A stretch of 61,614 nucleotides of DNA. It comes from a virus (lineage: Duplodnaviria > Caudoviricetes). Below the pieces are notes generated by a model. It made no database searches. It saw nothing but the letters and a program-made list of their open reading frames with translations, and was not told where the DNA came from. The stretch covers positions 1-61,614 of IMG/VR virus record IMGVR_UViG_3300021957_006329; one strand, written 5' to 3'. A program made the translations under genes and the position numbers. This document shows, one piece after another, positions 37,529-48,587 of the stretch (its first letter is position 1; each line of letters opens with the position of its first letter).

Positions 37529-38300
37529 TTGTCCATTTAAATTTTATATCAAACTCTTTATTATTACTGTAATTCCAATCACCAATGTTTAGTAACGCTC
37601 TAGCCTTTTCGCACCCTATACCGGTATTGTTAAGGTCAGCAAAATCTTTAATGTTTAAATTAAGCGATGCAACGTCCTGTTCGCACTTTTGTTTGTAGTG
37701 ATCTCGACCTATATCGTGATAGTGTAAGTAAACTAAATCTGTAGATTTATAATTTTTGTTATCACTAATACCGCTATGATTACCATGATCGGTTTTTTTG
37801 AATGTCTTACTATAGTAAAATTTTTTACAGGAACGTTCTGATTTCCATCTCCATCTCCATTTTATGATCTCCTTGAAAGGGTCTTTATTATAAATTTTAT
37901 GTGGTACTGAAAATAATGAACCGGTCGTTTTGTACATACTACCATCTCGTGGTAGGTTGTGTAAATACTCTTTAATACACCCAGCATTGTTGATTACATT
38001 ATCATTAATATGTAAGACTAAAAACTCATCACCGTCGATTGGGATTAATATACTATCTTGGTTTTGATACCTCTTCATTAATGTTGTCAAGTATGTACCT
38101 TTTGAACTATAGTCACCGTGTTGGTAGATATTTATTCCATATTTTTTTTTATATCGCTGCAGTATTTCCCATGTACCATCAGTCGATCCATTATCTACTA
38201 CATGTATTAAAAACCACTTAGAGATGCTCGCATGGTGTTGTAACCACTTTTCAATAAAAACAATTTCATTTTTAACATAACTAAAAAATCTTATACACAT
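37506..38300 (-). CDS. glycosyltransferase family 2-like
   Basis: VKNE..FIEKWL.HH, DNGSTDGT, DGDEF, HGNH. Confidence 0.8.
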   Translation of the reverse strand: MCIRFFSYVKNEIVFIEKWLQHHASISKWFLIHVVDNGSTDGTWEILQRYKKKYGINIYQHGDYSSKGTYLTTLMKRYQNQDSILIPIDGDEFLVLHINDNVINNAGCIKEYLHNLPRDGSMYKTTGSLFSVPHKIYNKDPFKEIIKWRWRWKSERSCKKFYYSKTFKKTDHGNHSGISDNKNYKSTDLVYLHYHDIGRDHYKQKCEQDVASLNLNIKDFADLNNTGIGCEKARALLNIGDWNYSNNKEFDIKFKWTNGNNLTS

Positions 38301-39034
38301 TGAATGATTTCTAGTTCCTTAATTATCATTTGATCCCATGCAGACAAGTTAGAAAAATCCACACCATACATTGCTATCTTAGCTCCACTATATTTATTTT
38401 TGATATATAATGCAGTGGCCGCTTCTACCCCAGGTATCCTACCAGTAGAAGGGTCATAGTGAGAGGTGTAATACTTTATATCCATTGTTTTAAAGCTTCT
38501 ATAATCACCATACACCCATGTTTTCTTGAGCACTTTTTGCTTATTATAAGCATCCCGGGTATATATCATAATATTATTATTTCCGGTATGTTGGGTGCAA
38601 TATTTACCCATATTATAATCTACTACATACATCCCATGTCCTTGAGCCTTGGCTGTATTATAATCGCCGAGAATAGGATATACATTATCAAACATTGATA
38701 GTTTTCGATTGTCAGTAGATTTAATACTACCAGTTATAAGAACTGTTGTTTCTGGGTTTAAATCAGTATATTTTGAACAATTCTCGATAGTTGTATCTAT
38801 TTTAGTACCGAATCGTTGATCCCATCTTTTCAAGACAGTGCTAATATTATCAAATCTACTAGTATATCTATTCTCCTGAGGGACTGCTTCCGGAAGTTCT
38901 TTAACTATATCACTTTTAGATTTTGTATATTTAGTATTTTTTTTGTAATTTAACTTCGTATATAGTTCATCTAAAACTTGCTGTTTTAGCTTCTCTTCAG
39001 CATCAGTTAACTTATCAGAATTATTTGCAGTCAT
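38291..39034 (-). CDS. hypothetical protein, possibly GT29/sialyltransferase-like
   Basis: IPG..AA....IAMYGVDF pattern (weak). Confidence 0.45.
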   Translation of the reverse strand: MTANNSDKLTDAEEKLKQQVLDELYTKLNYKKNTKYTKSKSDIVKELPEAVPQENRYTSRFDNISTVLKRWDQRFGTKIDTTIENCSKYTDLNPETTVLITGSIKSTDNRKLSMFDNVYPILGDYNTAKAQGHGMYVVDYNMGKYCTQHTGNNNIMIYTRDAYNKQKVLKKTWVYGDYRSFKTMDIKYYTSHYDPSTGRIPGVEAATALYIKNKYSGAKIAMYGVDFSNLSAWDQMIIKELEIIQCV

Positions 39035-40025
39035 TGTCAACCATTTCCTCTACTAACTGTTCAAAGGTTGTGACTGGATACCAACCTAATTGTGAGTTTG
39101 CTTTAGTTGCATCACCGAGTAATTCTTCAACTTCTGCTGGTCGGAAATATTTGGAATCTATAAAAATTAAATCATTACCCGTGTTTGTATCATAACCAAT
39201 CTCATTTACACCGGTGCCTTTCCATTTTATATTATAACCTCTACATGCAAATGCACGTTCAATAAACTCTCTAACAGAATAAAATTTATTTGTTGCCAGT
39301 ACATAATCATGAGGTTCTTCTTGTTGAAGCATTAACCACATACCATGTACATAATCTCTCGCATGGCCCCAGTCTCTTTTAGAGTCAATATTACCCATCA
39401 CCAGGCGGTCAGACTCACCTTTAATTATTTTGTTAAGACCTAGAGTTATTTTCCTAGTCACAAATGTTTCACCTCTTCTAGGACTTTCATGATTAAAAAG
39501 TATACCGGTGCATGCAAACATGTTGTATGACTCTCTGTAATTTTTTGTTATCCAGTAACCGTACATTTTCGCGCAACCATATGGAGATCTAGGGTAGAAT
39601 GGTGTGGTTTCTTTTTGCGGTACCTCTTGAACTAAACCATATAACTCGCTAGTACTAGCTTGATATATTTTAGTTTTATTTTCCAAACCGAGTATCCTCA
39701 CAGCTTCTAGTACCCGGAGGGTGCCCATCCCATCAACATCCGCAGTGTATTCCGGAATTTCAAAACTCACCTTCACATGACTTTGAGCACCTAGATTGTA
39801 AATTTCTGTAGGTTGTGTTTTTTGTATGATGTTTATAATGTTTGTTGAGTCTGTTAAATCACCATGGTGTAATGAAATCCTATCATATATATGATCTATC
39901 CGGTGAGTGTTTATCAACGACGATCTACGCACAATCCCATGCACTTCATATCCTTTATCTAATAGTAATTCTGCTAGATATGAACCATCTTGACCAGTTA
40001 TTCCTGTAATTAGTGCTATTCCCAT
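39021..40025 (-). CDS. gmd: GDP-mannose 4,6-dehydratase
   Basis: [45 protein letters not shown]. Confidence 0.97.
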   Translation of the reverse strand: MGIALITGITGQDGSYLAELLLDKGYEVHGIVRRSSLINTHRIDHIYDRISLHHGDLTDSTNIINIIQKTQPTEIYNLGAQSHVKVSFEIPEYTADVDGMGTLRVLEAVRILGLENKTKIYQASTSELYGLVQEVPQKETTPFYPRSPYGCAKMYGYWITKNYRESYNMFACTGILFNHESPRRGETFVTRKITLGLNKIIKGESDRLVMGNIDSKRDWGHARDYVHGMWLMLQQEEPHDYVLATNKFYSVREFIERAFACRGYNIKWKGTGVNEIGYDTNTGNDLIFIDSKYFRPAEVEELLGDATKANSQLGWYPVTTFEQLVEEMVDNDCK

Positions 40026-40035
40026 GTTACATTAT

Positions 40036-40974
40036 TTACTTACGTATGTTTGGATATCTACTTAAGAAATGTTCGACTGTAGATGATATACCGGGTTCTA
40101 ACTCGGTGAATTGCCCGGGGCGCGACCACTCCGGGAGGATATTGAGTAGCTTTGTATTGTCTGCTGTTTTTTTATACTGTCCATCACTAAACTTATCGTC
40201 AAATACCAATGCATGTTCATAATCAAAAGCCCGGGCGATATATGTGGCAGCTTGCCCAATTGAATATTCAGCAGAAGGGCTCACTATTATATTTTCTTGA
40301 TTTATGATGGGTATGAGCTGTAAAATTATATGAGCAAGATCATCGGCATGTATGAACTGTCTTAGTGGTTTACCGGTACCTCTTACTTCGAATTTTCCTC
40401 CGGAGTTCTTAGCTAAATAACATTTGTGTATGAGAGCTGGTATCACATGCGCATCTTCTAAGTGGTAATTGTCGTTGTTACCATAAATGTTGGTTGGTAT
40501 GATACAGTTGTAGTTTGTATTGTACTGACTATTGTATGCACGGCAATGCACATCGAGCATGCGTTTTGCATATGCATATGCATCGTTTGATTCATGCGGT
40601 TCTCCAGCATGTAACATGTCTTCATTTATAGGATATATTGTATCATCCGGAAATATACATGTTGATAACATACCTATAAATTTAGATACTCTGTGATGTG
40701 AACATGCTTTGATAATATTATAATTCATTAACATATTATCTTCAAACAACTGAGTTTTAAAATTCATGTTTTTGTACAAACCACCTACATTAGCCGCTAA
40801 ATGTACCACACAGTCCGGTTGAGATATCTTCACAATATCGGTTAATTTATTAAAGTTTCTGAGATCACAATCTTTAGATGATAGATATTCTATATCGTAA
40901 TCGGCATACATATTTGAAATATCATTGATTGCGGAACCTACTAGGCCCGAGCCACCGGTTATAAGTATTTTCAT
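40036..40974 (-). CDS. fcl: GDP-L-fucose synthase
   Basis: GGSGLVG, LAANVGG, LSTCIFP, YAYAKR, HVIPALI, G.PLRQF. Confidence 0.93.
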   Translation of the reverse strand: MKILITGGSGLVGSAINDISNMYADYDIEYLSSKDCDLRNFNKLTDIVKISQPDCVVHLAANVGGLYKNMNFKTQLFEDNMLMNYNIIKACSHHRVSKFIGMLSTCIFPDDTIYPINEDMLHAGEPHESNDAYAYAKRMLDVHCRAYNSQYNTNYNCIIPTNIYGNNDNYHLEDAHVIPALIHKCYLAKNSGGKFEVRGTGKPLRQFIHADDLAHIILQLIPIINQENIIVSPSAEYSIGQAATYIARAFDYEHALVFDDKFSDGQYKKTADNTKLLNILPEWSRPGQFTELEPGISSTVEHFLSRYPNIRK

Positions 40975-40975
40975 A

Positions 40976-41845
40976 TTAGTATATATCTTGTAACTTACAA
41001 CTCTCAACGTACCCAGCGTTGGCGATGTTATAAGTTTGTGTTCTAGAGTTTTGCATGTGCATGTGAAGTGTTTTTATATCCACACAAGGGTTGTATATTG
41101 AACGTTGGTAATGCTTGTACACTTCACTCAATTTGCTGTCGCATGCCACTTTTCCCATATGTATTAGCTCCAGTTCTGATGGTATCAATATTGGTGTTTT
41201 GAAGCACCAAGTATCTTGTGAATATTTGTTAGGTTGTTCATGTTCATGAAATATTGATATATCTGTTTCTGATACAAACTCCCATCGTGTCAGAGCCAGG
41301 AGATTGTTGTTCATATTGATCGATTGTAGTTTATGCACATCGTCTGTTACTACAATGTCTCCATTACATACACACCATAGCGCGCGGCTCTTCTGGGTGT
41401 TGCAGTATTCAAATAGTGTTTTGAAACTAGGTCTCCCATCATGTGGTACGATTGTCAATTTTTCATGAGGAGATATGAAATGTTCTATTTCGCCTCCGCA
41501 ATTATCCCACATAACGTGTACATGGTTAACATGTGGGTTGTTTAAATTTAGTTGCAACGCGAGTTTGTACTCTTCTACACGCTGTGGGTTTTTATCTACA
41601 TACAGACTAGTCAATATATTAACTGATATATCATTATGATGTTTATGATATGCATTTGTTACATGTTTTTCAATTTCTTTATAATTTATGTCTTTTAATC
41701 GTATATGCCGGCCTTCAAATCTCCCGTTTGTTACCCAATGTTGCTCAGCTTTAGTAACATCATAGCCAAACGCCTGCTTCAAATCCGGGTATGAATTTAA
41801 ATAATCTATAAAATCAATTCTACCTATGTCCGGGTACTTTATCAA
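40976..41845 (-). CDS. Y-x-x-x-YPD repeat domain fused to a GT-A-like domain
   Basis: YLNSYPDL...HWVTNGRFEGR; NGDIV, LTRWE, SQDTW, CD, NPC. Confidence 0.65.
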   Translation of the reverse strand: MIKYPDIGRIDFIDYLNSYPDLKQAFGYDVTKAEQHWVTNGRFEGRHIRLKDINYKEIEKHVTNAYHKHHNDISVNILTSLYVDKNPQRVEEYKLALQLNLNNPHVNHVHVMWDNCGGEIEHFISPHEKLTIVPHDGRPSFKTLFEYCNTQKSRALWCVCNGDIVVTDDVHKLQSINMNNNLLALTRWEFVSETDISIFHEHEQPNKYSQDTWCFKTPILIPSELELIHMGKVACDSKLSEVYKHYQRSIYNPCVDIKTLHMHMQNSRTQTYNIANAGYVESCKLQDIY

Positions 41846-41847
41846 TT

Positions 41848-42768
41848 TTAGTCTTTCATTATTCCATTTCCATAGTAACGAGACACATCCGGGCGGATAT
41901 CTTTAGGTATTTTGAAAATTCCGGAAGATGGTTTTTGCATTTCCGGGGTAATATTAAACAATATATTTATACCACTACCTATTGTTATTTTAGTAACATC
42001 ACCTATTATCCTGTCTGATACTATCGGAGCTAATGCCCCGCATGCGAGTATTACAACATCATATGTATCTATTATTTTGTTTATCTCATTAACGACGCGG
42101 TCTGTAGTGACCATATGATTCACATCCGGACCGGAGTTTCCAAAGCATGAGGGATATTCTACATATCCGATGCTAGATATATTATGATTATTATTTTTAA
42201 TATACTGCTCTTCACACGTTTTTCCCATATTACTTACAATTAAGACTCTCTTGTTATTACAAGCATTAACACAGAGTTTAAGTGACTCATCATACCAGTT
42301 ATTAATATCTTGAGTCATTGGTTCAAAAATCTTCGCGGTGTTGATTTCTAAATCCGGTTTGTGCCAGGTGTTCCAATTCCAGTTACCAACATGAGTTGCT
42401 ACATAACAATGTTTATACTCTTCTATAAATGTTTTCATGTTTGCATTACATTGTATACCAGAGTGCATGAGAACTAAAGGGAATGATGAGTTCTTTAATG
42501 CGGTTTTGTAACTATCGATCCATTGCTCCAATGCCGGAGAATTGACTATATCATCTAGGCCCTGTTCATCATTACCGTGTATATCAATTGTACTATCATA
42601 CAACCCGGCGGTATTGTACAGCCATCTACATGCCCACTTCATGTTTTTCCACGGATTATTCATCCATTGTATGCTATCTAATTTACCCTTTTCTTTCAAG
42701 TGATGAAGGTACAGTAGACCACCTTCTGAGCACCCGACCCGATTGAAGCTGTAATTATTATCTTTCAT
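41848..42768 (-). CDS. glycan biosynthesis protein, GT-D-fold-like
   Basis: RVG.SEG, AGLY, KRVLIVS, DVVILACGA, IGSG..ILF.I. Confidence 0.55.
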   Translation of the reverse strand: MKDNNYSFNRVGCSEGGLLYLHHLKEKGKLDSIQWMNNPWKNMKWACRWLYNTAGLYDSTIDIHGNDEQGLDDIVNSPALEQWIDSYKTALKNSSFPLVLMHSGIQCNANMKTFIEEYKHCYVATHVGNWNWNTWHKPDLEINTAKIFEPMTQDINNWYDESLKLCVNACNNKRVLIVSNMGKTCEEQYIKNNNHNISSIGYVEYPSCFGNSGPDVNHMVTTDRVVNEINKIIDTYDVVILACGALAPIVSDRIIGDVTKITIGSGINILFNITPEMQKPSSGIFKIPKDIRPDVSRYYGNGIMKD

Positions 42769-42772
42769 ATAT

Positions 42773-43687
42773 TTAACAATTATTTTCTATGTCTAGATTT
42801 CTAAATGTAAAGCTGTCTAAATGGTTGGGGAATGTTTCAAATTGAATCTTTTGTTCAGTATACACCTGGTAATATGACTTAATTATATTCACATTACCAA
42901 TCACTTTATTAGTGTGAAGGCATGGTTGATAGTTCTTTATATCAAAATTAAGCTGTTGCTTTACTGAGCTGTACATTAAAGATCTAGTATCAGTGACTTG
43001 TATATTAATGATACCATCCCCTTCATAAAAAGGTTTATAATTATCTACAAGCTCTAACTCTACTAACTGGGAGAGGATATAATTGTAAATATAATTTGTA
43101 GGGTGATTGATAGAATAAAATAATAACTTATCACGCCAGTTATTTTTTATATACTGAGATATTGTAATGGGGATTGCTTCCGGATAATCACTTACTGCTA
43201 TATCTTCTCTATCCTTCAAGAGCTGTATCGTACCGGAAATATGATCTAGTAGTTCCCGGGTTTCAATATAGTCCGGGTTATTTACTACTTCGTCTTGAAA
43301 GGAATGTATATCCTTATTGTTTATATGATATTTTATCAGATTTAAATATTGATAGTCACACGGGGTAGTAACTAGCTCTCCATGGATAGTTTTAATGTAT
43401 ACCTGGTCTGGAAAATATACACCACAAAATATGGATGGTATTAAAATTAAATGTGAATCCTTTCTCTTGGTTTTAAGTATAAATTCCGTGTCTAGATATG
43501 ATTTCCCTCTATAACCAGGTTTAATAGGCTGCGTAATAATTATATCCGCTGCTTTAATTAGTTTAGTGAATTGGTCCTGAGTCATATCTGTCACATAACA
43601 CAGAACACAATTCCGTTTCATATTAGCAAACGTATTAGAGTTGGCTAACCTAGAAGTTTGGCAGTTTCCGTAAAATAATATGTTCAT
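42773..43687 (-). CDS. WcbI-family polysaccharide biosynthesis (putative acetyltransferase)
   Basis: YGNCQ, DIIITQPI, IPSIF..YFP, LFYSINHPT. Confidence 0.75.
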   Translation of the reverse strand: MNILFYGNCQTSRLANSNTFANMKRNCVLCYVTDMTQDQFTKLIKAADIIITQPIKPGYRGKSYLDTEFILKTKRKDSHLILIPSIFCGVYFPDQVYIKTIHGELVTTPCDYQYLNLIKYHINNKDIHSFQDEVVNNPDYIETRELLDHISGTIQLLKDREDIAVSDYPEAIPITISQYIKNNWRDKLLFYSINHPTNYIYNYILSQLVELELVDNYKPFYEGDGIINIQVTDTRSLMYSSVKQQLNFDIKNYQPCLHTNKVIGNVNIIKSYYQVYTEQKIQFETFPNHLDSFTFRNLDIENNC

Positions 43688-43731
43688 TTGGCCTTAGTTA
43701 CTATTAATATTTATATAAGGTTTTATATAAA

Positions 43732-46065
43732 TCACTCATGTATGTTTAGGTTATATTGCTTTAATAAAAACTGTTTTTTAGTGTTTACATTTTTTGTTCG
43801 ACCGTATGATCTGTTATTTATAAGGTAAAATGCTAATGGTTTAGAGTTGCCCTTAGCTATGTTTAAGTTCATGTCAATACACTTCAACCATAAAGCATAA
43901 TCTGCAACACTACCATACATTTCCTCATTAAAATATCCAACAATTTCATGTATATCCCTCCGCCATACAGGGCAGGAATGACACGGGTTCCTGGTATCTT
44001 TTGTACTTTTATCCCATAAATCAGATATATGTAACGGTTGACCAATCTCACGTTCAGCAAACCATACATGATCTGAGTTTAGATATTTTGTTTTATAAAC
44101 GGGGAGATACTTACTACCTACATACACAGGTGCATATGTAACATCTACAGTAGGTGTACTATCCATATAGTTTATCATTTCCATCGAAAAATCTGGGTGG
44201 TGCCTATCATCTAGATTGGCGTTTGTAATATATCGCCCAATAGATTGTTTAATTGCTATCTCCCAGCACTTGTAAATTCCTGGATCCTTTTCCTTAGATA
44301 TATTGATTAATTTAACGTTATGATTTGTCTTTTCAAACTCTACTATCTTTTTTTGGGTTTCTTTTGAGTGTGAATCATATATATTAACAATAATTAACTC
44401 TAATTGTTCCGGATGTTTATAATTTTGATTTGTAAAGTCTTTACAGAAATCACTAAAATATTTATCGGCGTTATATAATGACGTTATCCAGGATAGTTTA
44501 ACAAGTGAGTTGTCATTTTCTAATTTCTTCAAATCGTAGCATATTTTCTGATTGAAAGTTCGCTGAGATATATGAGTTTTATCTAGTTTTTTGAGGTAAT
44601 CATTTGTTCGTTGAACTAGTTTGTTAAATTGTTCGACTGTTAAACATTCAATATCAGATATATCATCATAAAACATAGGATATTTGGCACCTATATACTG
44701 TTCAAAACTGGGATGTCTATTTAAAATCACCGGTGTTTCACACCGGATACACTCTAATAAAAGGTTGCTAGCCGTAACATCAAATGCATCCATATATAAT
44801 ATATTCTCTTTGAAGATTTTTACATATTCGTTATCCTCTAAGTGACCTACAAATGTAACATTTTTCATCGCCGGGGTGATTATATCAGTGAAGCAGCTAA
44901 AATCTTTTTTAACTAAAACATTTTTATTCAAACATACTGGTAATTTGATATCATTGAATGTTTTTAAATTTCTCATCCACCACCCTATATGATATATTTT
45001 TTTATTATTTGACCTGGTGTACGAGTTATAGTCAAATCTAGTGGTTATATTATCTGTGATGGGATGATTAGCGGATAATATTTTATTTTTTAAAAATGGA
45101 TATTTTTGTTGTATTTCAGGAGAGGTTAAATATTTTTTATGTGTCTGTGAGACTGTATATATGTATATACATTTGTCCATTAAGTCCATGTCACAATTAC
45201 CGTAATATGCATCATTACTTATAAGTACTTGATCTGTGTTTTGCGATAATAATCCGTTAAAGTTACCTGGATTATTAGCTATTTGTGTATTTAGTTCAGA
45301 TAGAGTTTTAGGGGTTGTATTTTTGTACTTGGATTCCCATTCAACAAATGGTGGGTTGTGTACAAATGTTATAAGCTTTACATCTTTATCTAAAATGGTG
45401 TGAATTATTTGCCGTCTCTTCTCTAAGTCCCGGCCCCAGGTGGTCAGTTCCTCTAGCCACGGATTGAAGTAAATATCATGTTGGTATTTACGTGTGAATA
45501 TACTTTGGTTTTTTAATTCTTGATATAAGCTAGTCATTACACCTTTCCAACCGTAAAGGTGTGTACCGAACCATTCTTGCGCGATAGAGCTATCCATTAA
45601 CATACTTGAATTGCCTAGCTCCCAATCCCTGTAACGCGGCAGCTTTGATATTGTTGTATTTACTACGGGCCTAGAACCATTTCGATTTTCATATCTACCG
45701 AATGTCATCCAATGCTGGAATGCACGAGATGTTGTATTGTACCCAGCTGCAACAACATCCGGGTACTGCTGCATATAATAGTTAGCATCAAAAATCTGTA
45801 CCGGAGGCTTCTTCACGATGTCCTCAGATAGTGATGCATCTTTATGACCGTGAATATTCTCTATAGCTGTAGCAAGATCTATATTGTTAGATTTCATTAA
45901 ACTATATATATCAACATCCGGGTATAACGATTTAAGATATTTTTCAGATGTTATTCTGTTCTCTTTTTGTCCATTAGTTATATAATGCTTTTGCAGACTA
46001 TTTACACTCAACCCATGTAGATCTTTATATGCAGCTGAATAGAAATGTGGGTCAAACAAGCTCAT
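43732..46065 (-). CDS. multidomain glycosyltransferase (YPD repeats + GT-B-like + GT2)
   Basis: FD..FY...Y.DL repeats; IGWWMRN; ASNLLLECI; YITNANLDD; DYALW. Confidence 0.75.
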   Translation of the reverse strand: MSLFDPHFYSAAYKDLHGLSVNSLQKHYITNGQKENRITSEKYLKSLYPDVDIYSLMKSNNIDLATAIENIHGHKDASLSEDIVKKPPVQIFDANYYMQQYPDVVAAGYNTTSRAFQHWMTFGRYENRNGSRPVVNTTISKLPRYRDWELGNSSMLMDSSIAQEWFGTHLYGWKGVMTSLYQELKNQSIFTRKYQHDIYFNPWLEELTTWGRDLEKRRQIIHTILDKDVKLITFVHNPPFVEWESKYKNTTPKTLSELNTQIANNPGNFNGLLSQNTDQVLISNDAYYGNCDMDLMDKCIYIYTVSQTHKKYLTSPEIQQKYPFLKNKILSANHPITDNITTRFDYNSYTRSNNKKIYHIGWWMRNLKTFNDIKLPVCLNKNVLVKKDFSCFTDIITPAMKNVTFVGHLEDNEYVKIFKENILYMDAFDVTASNLLLECIRCETPVILNRHPSFEQYIGAKYPMFYDDISDIECLTVEQFNKLVQRTNDYLKKLDKTHISQRTFNQKICYDLKKLENDNSLVKLSWITSLYNADKYFSDFCKDFTNQNYKHPEQLELIIVNIYDSHSKETQKKIVEFEKTNHNVKLINISKEKDPGIYKCWEIAIKQSIGRYITNANLDDRHHPDFSMEMINYMDSTPTVDVTYAPVYVGSKYLPVYKTKYLNSDHVWFAEREIGQPLHISDLWDKSTKDTRNPCHSCPVWRRDIHEIVGYFNEEMYGSVADYALWLKCIDMNLNIAKGNSKPLAFYLINNRSYGRTKNVNTKKQFLLKQYNLNIHE

Positions 46066-46790
46066 GAGGTAACATACACCTGGTTTTTATATATCGTTTG
46101 GTTATTATATTCAAAATTTTCTTTAGGTTTATTATCGTTTATATATTTGTTTAAACTATTTAAAAATGTTGAACATAGATTTAAATTATTATTTAATGTT
46201 AAGTACCACTCTTCTGCAGATATAAAATGTTCTTGCTCTATAGATAGATATGTTATATTTTCTCTAGAAAGTTGTAAACATTTCAACAGGTCAGAATCAT
46301 TTGTATAGTAAAAATAAATATGAAATTCAGGATATTGTCCGGAAATCTGGTTCAAATTATCAAACATAGCTGTATCATGTTCTCCAGGTTGGTAGTTAAT
46401 TATCAAAGCGAATCTATTATATACTGTAGAGCTCTCCTTTGTAAACTCTTTTTCTCCCGGGGATGAATCTGATGATACTGCGATTGGCTGTGGGGTTTCA
46501 GAAACCGCTGAGGAGTGGTTTATGGCTCTACCTTCAGCAAAGCCGTGTGTCATATAATGTAATTTTGCATGTAACTCATTATTAGGTACATCAGTATATT
46601 CTCTTTTGTAAAATGTAATGTCAAAGTCCGGGGCATTATTATCAAAATATTGGTCCATTACGTATTGATTTGGTACTCTGTTTTCTTTCTTTCCGGATGA
46701 GTCATAATGTGTCTGTAGTTTGTCATCCGGAAGGAATCTCAAATCTGGGTACAGTTTTCTATAAAATTTTATATCAACAATGTTACTCAT
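46062..46790 (-). CDS. protein with two FD/FY..YPD..HY..G..E.R repeats
   Basis: repeat visible twice in the N-terminal half. Confidence 0.65.
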   Translation of the reverse strand: MSNIVDIKFYRKLYPDLRFLPDDKLQTHYDSSGKKENRVPNQYVMDQYFDNNAPDFDITFYKREYTDVPNNELHAKLHYMTHGFAEGRAINHSSAVSETPQPIAVSSDSSPGEKEFTKESSTVYNRFALIINYQPGEHDTAMFDNLNQISGQYPEFHIYFYYTNDSDLLKCLQLSRENITYLSIEQEHFISAEEWYLTLNNNLNLCSTFLNSLNKYINDNKPKENFEYNNQTIYKNQVYVTS

Positions 46791-47761
46791 AACAACCAAA
46801 ACGCGCGTTCCCATGCATGTGCTAATGTACCGTCTGATTTTATAGGTTCCTCTTCAAATAATTTATCGTGTTCTCTCAAGTCTAAACTATTCTTAATATG
46901 TTCACAGTAATTTGATGTACACCAGAACATTGTACCTGCATGGAACTTATATACTTTCATGTTATTAATATTTAGCTTTATTTTAGTGTCTAGAAACTTC
47001 AGATTTTTATAGTTTATATTTGTTGATATATGCTTTTCTCGGATCTCAAATTTACTTACACTGGTTATGCCAGTGTCGGTATTATTTAAACAGTTGTTGT
47101 ACTTACTATAATTCTCCGGTTTTAATAATCTTTCTAGATAAAACTCGCGCCAATTGTCATGTAAATATGTGGTTTTTTTAGTGTGTATTTTACATATCAT
47201 ATCATAACTCTTATACCAAGAGTTGGATATAAAATTTAAGAATGATCTAACATCTCTACCCCTATTTTGTGTCCAATTCAATATGATATTTACATTATAC
47301 TCTGCCCGGGTATTTTTAATCATTTGAACCGCGGTGTTAGTACTGTTTACATCACATAGATATACATACATATCGATACTGTCATTTACGTACTGGCTCA
47401 ATTTAACTACATGATTGTACATCTCTTGAAAAAACTCCGGGTAGTATACATAACATACAATTGCGATACGTATGTCTTTGCTATCAGTTATATTTTTAAT
47501 AGATACATCATTAAATACTCGCCCGGTGATATCTTTCGCATGTTTATGTAATTTTAACATATGTTTACAATCTGCTCCAGGTTTTATATATTTACATTTA
47601 CTATATACTTGAGACACCAATGATTTTACAGACTCATCAACATGGTCAGATATTATATAAATATCACCGGTATATAACGGGTTATTTTTTACATAGGTGT
47701 AAATAGTAACCACAGTCATATCATCATCATGATCATGTCTCAAATATACAGCTGAATTCAT
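46787..47761 (-). CDS. RgpF / rhamnan synthesis F family protein
   Basis: NRGRDV..F, KIHTKK, FHAGTMFW, DGTLAHAWER. Confidence 0.8.
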   Translation of the reverse strand: MNSAVYLRHDHDDDMTVVTIYTYVKNNPLYTGDIYIISDHVDESVKSLVSQVYSKCKYIKPGADCKHMLKLHKHAKDITGRVFNDVSIKNITDSKDIRIAIVCYVYYPEFFQEMYNHVVKLSQYVNDSIDMYVYLCDVNSTNTAVQMIKNTRAEYNVNIILNWTQNRGRDVRSFLNFISNSWYKSYDMICKIHTKKTTYLHDNWREFYLERLLKPENYSKYNNCLNNTDTGITSVSKFEIREKHISTNINYKNLKFLDTKIKLNINNMKVYKFHAGTMFWCTSNYCEHIKNSLDLREHDKLFEEEPIKSDGTLAHAWERAFWLL

Positions 47762-47766
47762 TTAAT

Positions 47767-48570
47767 TTATTTATTGGTTTTAAAGTTTAAAATCCATTGT
47801 TGCTTGTCTGTATCTAGTGCATCGAACCATGGTTTCAATTTGTATGTATAATCGTATTGTAATCGATATTTCGCCTGAGTGGAACGAGTGCGTGTTTGAC
47901 TCTCATGATGTATTGCAGAGACTTCATTTATATACCAGTTTATCCGACCGGAAATTATATATTTCATGTTGAGTTGTATATCTTCCCAACATTCAGTGAA
48001 TTGTGTATCAAAGCCGCCAATTTCATCGAAAGAATCCTTACTAGTCATCATGAACGCGGCAGTGTTACCAGTAATCGCGCCTGTGTCATGTCTCTTATTG
48101 TACTCTCCATATCCTCGATGTGTACATTGTAACAATCCGGAAGAGTCCACATACGCAATCTGACCAGCATGTTGTGTGGCTCCGTTCGCAAATTTCAAAT
48201 GACAACCTACGCTTCCGATATGTTTGTTTGACACGATCCAGTCATACATTGGATCGATACAATTTTCAGTGAGCTCCACATCATCATTACAAAATAGTAT
48301 GTACGGTTCTTCGACAAGGTGCTTCACTATGTCGTTGTTGTTTGCAGCAAAATGATACTCAGGTAGACTATACATCGCACAAGTAGGTTTATCAAACAGT
48401 GCTGCGAGGTTGGCTCGATTGATGTTGATGTTGACCTCGTCGCTGCCTGTGTCTCCAACATATATTTTGTAACTTGTGGTGATGGTGTGTTTGGCAATAC
48501 TATCAACACACTGTTTTAATAGTTGAGGGTTGTTCTTGGTCAAAATTATAATTGCAACTTGCTTGGGCAT
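47767..48570 (-). CDS. glycosyltransferase family 2
   Basis: DTGS, FAANNN, LFCNDD, QHAG, TAAF, GGFD...ED, HHESQTR. Confidence 0.85.
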   Translation of the reverse strand: MPKQVAIIILTKNNPQLLKQCVDSIAKHTITTSYKIYVGDTGSDEVNININRANLAALFDKPTCAMYSLPEYHFAANNNDIVKHLVEEPYILFCNDDVELTENCIDPMYDWIVSNKHIGSVGCHLKFANGATQHAGQIAYVDSSGLLQCTHRGYGEYNKRHDTGAITGNTAAFMMTSKDSFDEIGGFDTQFTECWEDIQLNMKYIISGRINWYINEVSAIHHESQTRTRSTQAKYRLQYDYTYKLKPWFDALDTDKQQWILNFKTNK

Positions 48571-48587
48571 GGTATAATTACTTACAC

